Below, piece by piece: positions 37,806 through 47,445 of a stretch of 64,000 nt of DNA; position 1 is the first letter of the stretch; every line of letters starts with the position of its first letter. The translations under genes and the position numbers were made by a program. Source of the DNA: Hypanus sabinus (lineage: Eukaryota); contig NC_082736.1 of the NCBI RefSeq assembly GCF_030144855.1, positions 6,262,001-6,326,000 on the forward strand, read 5' to 3'. The notes beneath the pieces are model-generated. The model searched no databases, was not told the origin of the DNA, and saw only the letters and a program-made list of their open reading frames with translations.

Positions 37806-37927
37806 TTAGAGTCTGTATCACCTCCTCAGAAACCTCAATCAGCTTTATCAGGTGTGATCTGCCTGACAAAGCCATGCTGATTGTCCCTGAGCAGGCCGTG
37901 CCTTTCCAAATGTGCATAAACCCTGTA

Positions 37928-38870
37928 CCTCAACTGGAGGGGGTCTAAGCGTGGCCTAATCACAGGCCGGAGCTGCCCTAGAACAAGTCTCTCCAGGGTC
38001 TTCATGATGTGGGAGGTCAATGCCACCGGACTGTAGTCATTGAAGCCACTGGGGCGCGGCGTCTTCAGTACAGGGACGAGGCAAGACACCATCCGGGCCT
38101 GCAGCCTTGCTTGGGTGGAGACGTTTCAGCTGTCTTCTCTCCTGTTCAGCTGTGAAGCCCACCATGGTGGTTTCAGGTGGGGGAGGGGTGTAGTCCTGAG
38201 AGCAGGGTGGGGGGCTGTGAGGAGGAGTAGGAGGGGAGAGTGGAGTATGTGTTGGTTGGGTGCCGACAACAGATGAATCGTGTGGGGGATGGGCCGGGGC
38301 CACAGTGTCAAATCTGTTGAAGAACAGGTTAAGTTTGTCGTCCCTGTCCACACTGCTTTCAGTTCCTCTGTTGCTAGTTTGCCAGAACCCAGTGATGGTC
38401 CTCATCCCACTCCAGACCTCTGTCATGTTGTTCTGCTGGAGTTTCCACTCAAGCGTCCTGACGAAGGGTCTCGGCCCAAAACGTCGACTGTGATTCTTCC
38501 TATAGATGCTGCCTGGCCTGCTGTGTTCCACCAGCATTTTGTGTGTGTTGTTTGAATTTCCAGCATCTGCAGATTTCCTCGTGCTTCCTCCTAGCCTCCC
38601 TGATCTTGGCTTTCAGGTCCCTCTGTATTGTCCTCAGCTCCTCCCTATTTCCATCTCTAAATGCCCTCTTTTTAGCGTTCAGGATGTCCTTAATGTCCTT
38701 TGTTACCCATGACTTGTTATTTGAATAACGAAGGACAGTTCTTGCTGGAACATTGCAGTCCACACAGAAGTTGATGTAACCAGTGATGCACTCTGTGAGT
38801 CCATCAATGTCCTCTCCATGTGGCTCACAGAGTGCCTGCCTGTCTGTCACCTCAAAACAACTCTGGAGTG
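37928..38870 (-). mobile_element. Rex1 non-LTR retrotransposon internal fragment
   Basis: ITGYINFCVD, KAAGPDGV, NDYSPVALTSHIMKTLERLV, LDPLQ. Confidence 0.85.
38455..38586 (+). mobile_element. ~130-bp hammerhead-headed Penelope-derived mini-element (core mutated)
   Basis: Starts GTC-CTGACGA-AGGGTCTCGGCCC-AAAA-CGTC-GAC; interrupts the Rex1 frame; near-identical to the copy at 40226-40357. Confidence 0.85.
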
Positions 38871-40225
38871 TCTCAGATCAGTTGTCCCCAACCACCGGGC
38901 TACAGACCGGTACCGGGCCGCAAAACACGTGCTGCCGGGCTGTGAAGAACCGATATGATTTGGTGATATGAAACGATATGAGTCAGTTGCACCTTTCCTC
39001 ATTCCCTGTCACGCCACTGTTGAACTTGAACGCACGCAAGGTCATCAGTCGGTATGAGTAAAAAACAAACGTCGCTTGAGAGTTTCTTTGGAAGAAGTGG
39101 TGGGGGACATAAAAGGCCCAATGATGACGACAACGCAGACAGCTGAGGCCAAGCCTACAAAAAAAAGAAAGCTTCCTTCAACAGAAAATACGACGAGTCG
39201 CACATAAAATATGGGTTTATTGCGACCGGTGACTCGTATGCTCCAAGCCCCTGTGTGTGATATGTGGAGACAAGCTGTCTAATGAGGCAATGAAGCCCTC
39301 AAAACTGCTTCGGCATCTCGAGTCCCAGCTCCCTGCACTTAAAGACAAACCCTTTGAGTTTTTTGAGTGGAAAAAACGTGAGCAAGCGGGACAGAAGCAA
39401 GTGCTGAGAGCCACCACCTCCTCAAATGCTGCTGCTCTGAGAGCGTCATAGTTAGTGGCTAACCATATTGCTGAGGCTAAGAAGCCTTTCACTGTTGGGG
39501 AAGAATTGATTCTGCCTGCTGCCAAGGACATGTGCTGTGAACTGTTGAGAGAAGCTGCTGCTAACAAGATGGCACAGGTTTCTCTTCCAGCTACCACAGT
39601 TTCAAGAAGCATCGATGACTAAGCGGAGGACAGTGAAGCATAGATGTTAGAACGGCTTAACGAGTCACCATGGTATGCTATCCAGGTCGACGAGTCTACC
39701 AATGCGACAACAAGGTAACACTGCTGGTTTATGTGCGATATATATTCCAGGATGATGTGCATGAGGATATGTTGTGCGCAATGCCACCGCCAACTAACAC
39801 AACTGGGGCAGAACTGTTCAAGTCTTTGAATGACTACATGTTAGGCAAACCGGACTGGTCATTCTGTGTTGGAATATGCACAGATGGGGCTGCAGCTATG
39901 ACTGGACGGCTGTCTGGTTTCACTACCCGAGTCAAAGAGGTTACTCCTGAATGACAGTCTGCAAACTTCAGGGGAGAATGACAGCTATCCATGTCAGCGC
40001 GGGAAGATCAAGCCCTCGAGCTTGCAAATGACGGTTGGTTGAAAAATAAGTTTAACATAACATCTCTGCCGGCATTCTGGATCAAAGTCAAGGCTGAATA
40101 TCCTGAGATAGCCATGAAAGCACTGAAAACGTTACTTCCATTTCCAACATCATATCTCTGTGAAGCGGGTTTTTCTGCAACAAATGCAACAAAAACTAAA
40201 TTGCAGAATAGACTGGATATAAGGA

Positions 40226-40357
40226 GCAAAAACGAGGAAATCTGCAGATGCTGGAAATTCAAACACACACAAAATGCTGGTAGAACACAGCAGGCCAGGC
40301 AGCATCTGTAAGGAGAAGCACTGTCGACGTTTCAGGCCGAGACCCTTCGTCAGGACA
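40226..40357 (-). mobile_element. ~130-bp hammerhead-headed Penelope-derived mini-element
   Basis: Inserted in the Charlie transposase with flanking duplication GGA(T/C)ATAAGGA (40215-40225, 40353-40363). Confidence 0.88.
40322..40357 (-). ncRNA. minimal type-I hammerhead ribozyme motif
   Basis: Minus strand UGUC-CUGACGA-AGG[GUCUCGG]CCU-GAAAC-GUC-GACA: complete core, stem I UGUC/GACA, stem II AGG/CCU, palindromic ACGU helix III, GUC cleavage triplet. Confidence 0.8.
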
Positions 40358-42829
40358 TAAGGAACCCCCTTTGAGTATTGCTGTCTCCCATCACCCCTCG
40401 ATGAGACTGCCTTATTGCAGGTAAACAAGCCCAGGACTCTTAGTGATACACCGATACTGGTGTGTTGCAATGATTTTATATGTTCATACGAGGATAATAG
40501 GAGCTGGGTGTTTAATATCCAAGCGTTACTTAAAATGTTATGATGCTATTGACTTATAAGTGCCCTATAATTGACTTATCTCTATATTCATGGGAGGAAA
40601 ATATGCACTGTTTAATATTAAATTCTTTAGATAAACCCTTTTAGAAATGAAATTGAGTGTACTAATTAGCCACTTACAAGTGACTTATAGTTTCACCTGT
40701 ATTCTGGTATATATTAACAAACCCCTATCCCTCCCCCCCCCCTTGCCGGCCGGTCCGCAAGAATATCGTTAATATTAAATGGGTCCGCGGTGCAAACAAA
40801 GTTGGGGACCCCCGACATAGATCTTTGTCAAATCCCCAGCAATCTGCTCACTTGCTTCTTTCACTATTGAAGGATATATGCCTTCAGTTCTTCGAGTCTT
40901 CTCCATCTTATTGCTTTTCAGATGTCCCAGCACAGCCTCCTCCTTAATTTCAATATGCCTCTGCATATTAGCATGTCTCGCTCTGTTTTCATTGACATTC
41001 AATTCCTTCTCCTCGGTAAATATTGACACAATATTGACACATTTGACACATATAGTACAATATTGACACATTTAGTACCTCAGCCACTTGGTCTGACTTC
41101 AACCACATCATTCCTCCTTTAATCTTGAGTGGACCTTTCCAGTCTCTGGTTATCCCTGTTTAACTAATATAAATCAAAAGGCCTTGGGATTATCTTTGAT
41201 CCCACTCCACGAGGACGGTTTGAGGCCCCATTTGGCCTTTCCTATCACCAGCTTTCGCATTTCCCCGCTATCTTTATATTCCAAAGATACCCAGTCTGAT
41301 TTTAGCTTCATAAACCTTCCATATCCTTCTGACTAAATTCAGGATCTCTCCATTCATCCAAAGTTCCCTTACCTTACCGTCCTTGTCCTTACTCCTTACA
41401 GGAACATGCTGATCCTGAACTCTGAGCTGCTGGTCTTTAAACAACTCCCACATGTCAGATGTCGACTTGTCTGACAGTGGCTGCTCCCAATCAATGCCCC
41501 TTGGCTTCTGTCTTACTCATAACTAACGAACAAAATAAATTGTGATCGTCAGCTGGACTGGCTCGTTTCCCTAAACTAATTCCCGTCTGTTCTCGCCTCT
41601 GGTGGGGCTCTGTACATAATGTTTCAAACACTCCTCGGAATCGCTGAAGAAATCTTGAGCATCTCAGCATTGAGCAAGATCCAGTCAATGCGAGGGAAGA
41701 TAAAGCCCCCCACTATGACAGTTCTGTTCTGCACCTCTCCCTAAACATAAACCTCTGTGTTCCTCCACCTCCCGGTGGTTATTGGGGGCCAATACTATAA
41801 TCCAGTCCGTGTGACTGTAGATTGCCTCTGTAAGTGAGCCCCCCAGTTTGCTGTGACATTCCCAGTGGGGTAACCTCTGCATCTTATAACCCCCCTTCCC
41901 CCCACTCACATGTAAAACAATGAAACCTAGAGATATTGAGCTGAACGTCCGACAACATAATACTCCTAATGTTGAAATAAACTTATTTCAGCCCACCAAT
42001 CCCACCATGTTTATTGGCCTGCCATTAGCTCTCGTTCTTTTCAGACTGTCTTGTCAGACATACATTCTCCCACTTGCTACTCCAGTTCAAACTCTGCCAA
42101 GTGACACCATCAAACCTCCTGGTGAGGATATTGGTTCCCCTCCGGTCCAGATGGAAATGGCCTTGTTTGTCCCGGTCTCCCACCTGACTGGAAGGGAGCC
42201 CATTGATCCATGAATCTGAAGACCTCCCTCCTGCATCAGTTCCTCAGCAGCAATTGTTTCCTCACCACACCAGCACAAGGTTTGGGCCACAATTCGATAA
42301 TTACAATCCTGGAAGTCCTGCTTTTTAACCTATTTCCTGAAAATCACTGTGTAGGACCTGATACCTGCTCGTTTAACCCTTCCGTGTAGCATGAAGAAAG
42401 CTCCCGTAAACATATTGGCACCCCTCCTTGGACCCGTCTCACCTTTCCCTCGGGACCTCAATGATCCTCATACCTAAAGCCCTCACCCACCTCACACCAG
42501 CTCCTCAGCCACCACTTTACCTGGGCTTTAGAAGGCGCCAAAGCGAGTTCTATATATCCTTATATCTGCCGATGTATCCTGTTCCTTTATGTGACCAGAC
42601 TTTCATTTCCCTCGAGACCCAGGGGAACAATTGTTCTGATAAATTAACCCTCTCATCACTGGATGTGACTGCACCCTCGCCCACCAACTGCTGTGTGTGA
42701 GGACGCTCGCACTGGTCATGGGGTCGGGGAGGGACAGACCGAGGTCCTCGGGGATTTGCGGAATGGAAAAGCACTTATTATAATTTAAAGCAGGAGAATC
42801 AGCAAATTTCCAGAAATCTCCCAGTGTCT

Positions 42830-43178
42830 ACGTGTTTCATGCCATCTTGGACGATGACTCCCATCCACTCCATAATGTACTAGTTAGGCACAGGAATACA
42901 TTCAGCCAGAGACTCATTCCACTGAGATGCAACACTGAGCATCATAGGAAGTCACTCCTGCCTGTGGCCATCAAACTTTACAACTCCTCCCTCGGAGTGT
43001 CAGACAACCTGGGCCAATAGGCTGGTCCTGGACTTATTTCCACGGCATAATTTACTTATTATTATTGAATTATTTATGGTTTTATATTGCTATATTTCTA
43101 CACTATTCTTGGTTGGTGCGACTGTAACAAAACCCAATTTCCCCCGGGATCAATAAAGTATGTCTCTCTGTCTGTCTC
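42830..43178 (+). mobile_element. Rex1 3' end
   Basis: ILDDDSHPLH...RKSLLPVAIKLYN, then AATAAA and a (CTGT)n-like tail. Confidence 0.8.
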
Positions 43179-43364
43179 GAGTGGATGTGGAGGGGATGTT
43201 TCCTACAATGGGGAAGTCCAGGATCAGAGGACACAGATAGAATGGATGTGGAGAGGTTGTTTCCTATAGTGGGGAAGTCCAGGATCAGAGGACACGGATA
43301 GAGTGGATGTGGAGAGGATGTTTCCTACAGTGGGGGAATCTAGGATCAGAGGACACAGATGGAG
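43179..43364 (+). repeat. 61-bp tandem repeat x3 derived from CR1 ORF2
   Basis: Units start at 43179, 43240, 43301; each resembles the CR1 segment encoding RVDVERMFPxVGESR. Confidence 0.9.
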
Positions 43365-43394
43365 CTGGAGCGCTTTGTGTCGGATAGACCGTTG

Positions 43395-43545
43395 GAAATT
43401 GGCGGGTGTGGTAAAGTGAAGGCGGAGCTGGACGATGAGAGGCCGCTCTCGGCTCTGTCCGTCACTCTGACTCTGTCTCCTCCCCTCCCCGCCTCTGTCT
43501 CTCTGCGCGTTTCTCGGGCAGGTCGGGGTGCTGTGTATAAAAGGA
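43395..43545 (+). promoter_or_regulatory. H4 promoter
   Basis: TATAAAA 43536-43542, CAGGTC (site II-like) just upstream, GC-rich CCCCGCC, E2F-like TTGGCGGG 43399-43406. Confidence 0.75.
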
Positions 43546-43587
43546 GACATCAGCAGTCGGTTTCTCACTGAGCAGCGACCTGAGTGA

Positions 43588-43908
<321 letters not shown>

Positions 43909-43941
43909 AAAACTCCCACTTCCTCCCGAACACAACACAAA

Positions 43942-43980
43942 GGCTCTTCTAAGAGCCACCCACCGCCTCACAGAGAGAGC
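43942..43980 (+). other. histone 3' stem-loop plus HDE (H4)
   Basis: GGCTCT-TCTA-AGAGCC-ACCCA (stem-loop 43942-43957); purine-rich CAGAGAGAGC downstream. Confidence 0.95.
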
Positions 43981-44307
43981 CGTGTCCACAACCTTTCAAT
44001 TAATTTTATTGATATAATCATTTGTTTCCTTTTGAAATAGATTATTCATTCCGCTTGAAATATATATAGCTGCGATTGTGCCTTTCCAGGCGATGATTAC
44101 CGTGAATGCTGGATGCATTTATATCGATCTTAATCATTCTGTCCATCTCGGACAGAAATCAGTTCAGTCGTTTAGAGGGTCGATTCCGTAATCGTGCATT
44201 CAAATCTTAACTGAGGGAATTAGATATTAAATGAAACTGAAAATACATGATCCCTGATAGAATTAATTGTAAATATAAAGTTATCAAGCACCATTCCTGG
44301 GTGCTCT

Positions 44308-44530
44308 GAAATTGGCGGGCGATTTGAAATTAATCGGGCGCCAATCACATCGCATTCTGATTGGATGAAGTCCGATCGCCAGTTAACAGTTTCCCATTTT
44401 GTCGTAGATTGTTATTCGCCAGCAGCCGGCATGAAATAATCAAGCAATCGCAGCAAGGAGATCCTTTAATAGACAGTTGGTGCACAGCCAATCATAAGCG
44501 ATGGGCCGGCCCTTCCCAGCGGTATAAAGG
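44308..44530 (+). promoter_or_regulatory. H3 promoter
   Basis: TATAAA 44523-44528; CCAAT 44488-44492 and 44341-44345; ATTGG 44360-44364; TGGCGG-N4-TTTGAA 44313-44328. Confidence 0.8.
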
Positions 44531-44593
44531 CCTGTGCTGGAGCCCGTTTCGTCTATCTTGTTCCTGTGTTTCAGCCCGTGTTCTCTCTCCTGA

Positions 44594-45010
<417 letters not shown>

Positions 45011-45039
45011 GCCCAGCCTACACTCCGAACACCAGAAAA

Positions 45040-45080
45040 GGCTCTTTTAAGAGCCACTACCACGGCAAAGGAAAGGGCTG
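45040..45080 (+). other. histone 3' stem-loop plus HDE (H3)
   Basis: GGCTCT-TTTA-AGAGCC (45040-45055); GAAAGGGCTG downstream. Confidence 0.95.
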
Positions 45081-46012
45081 TAGCTTGCTCATTATTATTG
45101 TAGTTGCGATCTGCCCTGCCGATCGATTTTGCGCTAATTGACCCCGAGCATCAGTTCTGTGCAGACAGGGTAATTCAGCGAGGGGTAGGAGATAATAGAG
45201 AATGGACAGTAGGTGCAGGAGTAGGCCATTCGGCCCTACTAGCCAGCACTGTCATTCGCTGTGATCATGGCTGATGCACAATCAGTACCCGATTCCTGCC
45301 CTCTCCCCATATCCCTTGACCCCGCTATGTATAAGAGCTCTATCTAACACTCTTGAATGCATCCAGAGATTAACGCGCTTCCCTCCCTGTCAGGGTCTCA
45401 TCTGGCCCTTCACTTCTCCCACAAACCTGTCGTGTACAGCTGGTGCGGCTGTTACCGTTTTGTTTGCTTTGGACATGGGGATACGTTCGTACCCGCTGTG
45501 CTTGGAGTGGAGCATCCCCGACGCGAGGGGTAGAGTGGGGGATTTCGGGGGGCGATGACTACCAGGAAATAGTGATTTTTTAATTAGATTTCACTATCTT
45601 GTACATTTTTTATATTGGTGTTTTGTGTAAATTAACAATGTAGTTTTGTAGCTGGGGCCTGCATGAAGGTCAGTCGGCAATGCCACCGGGTAGTTTATCA
45701 TATATCCTCTCGCTACAGTCCGTCCCAGAGACGGTTCCCTCTCTCAACACGCCCCCTCCCCTCTCGCGTAGGTTTCAGCAGTTCCCAATCAACTCAGCTG
45801 AATCTCCGCCGGTGTCTATGTCTCAGTCACTCTCTCCCAGATCGGAGAAGGAATTGGGCCTGAAATTGCCCACATCCCATATCTCTCAATCTCAGCTCGG
45901 GCATCCACGTTTCATTTCAGACACCGCACCAAATGTCAGAGGTACCGGCAATCTCGGGTTCCATTGAGAAGTTCTCAATCGGACCCGGCGCGGGAATCAC
46001 AATGCTCTGAAT

Positions 46013-46051
46013 CAGCTCTTTTCTGAGATGTGGGTGGCTCTGAGAAGAGCC
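46013..46051 (-). other. histone 3' stem-loop plus HDE (H1)
   Basis: GGCTCT-TCTC-AGAGCC-ACCCA (stem-loop 46036-46051); AAAGAGCTG 46013-46021. Confidence 0.95.
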
Positions 46052-46088
46052 GTTGGGTTCAGATACACACAAATGGTGGATTCTCAAT

Positions 46089-46706
46089 TCACTTTTTGAC
46101 TGCTGTCTTCTTGGGTTTCGCGGATTTCGACTTCGGCTTCCTGGCCGCCTTCGTCTTCGGGGCTGCGGCTTTCTTGGGGCTCTTGGGCTTCGGCGCCGCT
46201 TTCTTAGCCGTGGGTTTCTTTGCTCCCGCTTTTTTAGCCGCTGGTTTCTTTGCTGCCGCTTTCTTAGCCGCTGGTTTCTTTGCTGCCGCTTTTTTAGCCG
46301 CTGGTTTCTTGGCGCCAAGCTTCTTGCTGGGAGATTTCTTTGCCGCTGGCTTGTTCGCTTTCTTCACCACCTTCACGGCAGTTTTCCCTTTACCGGATTT
46401 AAAGGATCCCGAAATACCCGAGCCCTTGGCCTGAACCAAGGAGCCGCTTTCCACTTTCCTCTTGATGCTCATTTTGACCTGGTGGCGACGTTTCGCCACA
46501 TCGACACCGCTGTCGGCCAGAGCCTTCATGATGGCCGCACCGGACATACCCTTCCTATCGTGACAACCCGCCACGATCTTATCGATCTGTTCGCCCAGCG
46601 AGGGACCGGTTGGTTTGCTCCGGGCAGCCGCCTTCTTCTTGGGAGTCTTCTTTGCGGCGGCGGGTGCGGCTGGAGGAGCCGTTTCGGCGGGTGCTGTCTC
46701 AGTCAT
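46089..46706 (-). CDS. H1: linker histone H1
   Basis: 205 aa: A/P-rich N-tail, winged-helix domain ending KGSGISGSFK, K/A/P-rich C-tail with KKPAAKKAAA repeats and SP(S/K)K sites; 3' stem-loop. Confidence 0.97.
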   Translation of the reverse strand: MTETAPAETAPPAAPAAAKKTPKKKAAARSKPTGPSLGEQIDKIVAGCHDRKGMSGAAIMKALADSGVDVAKRRHQVKMSIKRKVESGSLVQAKGSGISGSFKSGKGKTAVKVVKKANKPAAKKSPSKKLGAKKPAAKKAAAKKPAAKKAAAKKPAAKKAGAKKPTAKKAAPKPKSPKKAAAPKTKAARKPKSKSAKPKKTAVKK

Positions 46707-46779
46707 GTCGGCGACTCTGGTAAATCCTTCTCACAATCAGAACTGAATGAGAAATGAAGCGAAAGGCGGCGGCACAGAG

Positions 46780-46856
46780 CAATTTAAAGGCAGCGAGCGG
46801 ACGGGGCGGAGACATCCTGCTGTCAGCTCCCGGCGGCTTCATTTTTCTGTGTTTCT
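46780..46856 (-). promoter_or_regulatory. H1 promoter
   Basis: H1-box AAACACA (46848-46854), GC box (46803-46809), CGTCCGC, TTTAAAT TATA variant (46782-46788). Confidence 0.75.
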
Positions 46857-47289
46857 CTCTCCTCAAAAACTCGCTGATTCCAATTCAAATCGGACGCTGC
46901 GAAGACTCGGACTAGTCCCTGTCCGTCCCGGAGGCCAGAAGGTTCGCTGGAAAGAAAGTTTAATCGGTATTAAAGGCAGCGCTTTCTATTTTAACCCGTT
47001 TCATTACTGCATTGCCCGCGTTCTCTCTCCCGATCGTTGACCTGTTCTCTGTTTTATGGCTGAAATATTTAATCGAATTAAAACTTTGCGGTTAATTCCC
47101 TCTTCGGGTCTGAGCTGGGGAGTGGGGCGGTTCCGAAACAGAAAAATCTTTTCATTTTCTACAGGAGGTGCTGAGAAATCCTACGATGTGTTCGGACTCA
47201 CAAACACAGTGACACTGGTCTAAGCCGCCCTCTCCTTTAACTCACTCTCTCTGACACAATACACACTCACTGCTGACGGAAATCAGCAA

Positions 47290-47445
47290 CTCAGGCAGCA
47301 TCAATGGTGGGAATAAACAACCGACTTTTCGGGCTGAGACCCTTCCTCAGGACTCTGGTGGGAGATGCTGCCGGACTTGCTGGGTTCCTCCAGCATTTTG
47401 TCCGCGTTGTTCGCTATTCCCAGAATCTCTTGGCGTTCTGCTGAC
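47290..47445. mobile_element. Penelope-derived fold-back mini-element with hammerhead motif
   Basis: Minus strand 47319-47354: AGTC-CTGAGGA-AGGGTCTCAGCCC-GAAAA-GTC-GGTT; inverted GGCAGCATC/GATGCTGCC. Confidence 0.7.

Larger units (their letters stand above)
38879..40814 (+). mobile_element. hAT-Charlie DNA transposon, internally deleted
   Basis: Termini CAGTTGTCCCCAAC / GTTGGGGACCCCCG; MSKKQTSLES start at 39054; BED finger (AMKPSKLLRHL), VGICTDGAAAMTG, LLPFPTSYLCEAGFS. Confidence 0.92.

Noticed and set aside
39054-40400. Domesticated ZBED5/SCAND3-like gene
   Set aside because: Stops, frameshifts, internal deletion, nested insertion and retained TIRs indicate a dead Charlie transposon
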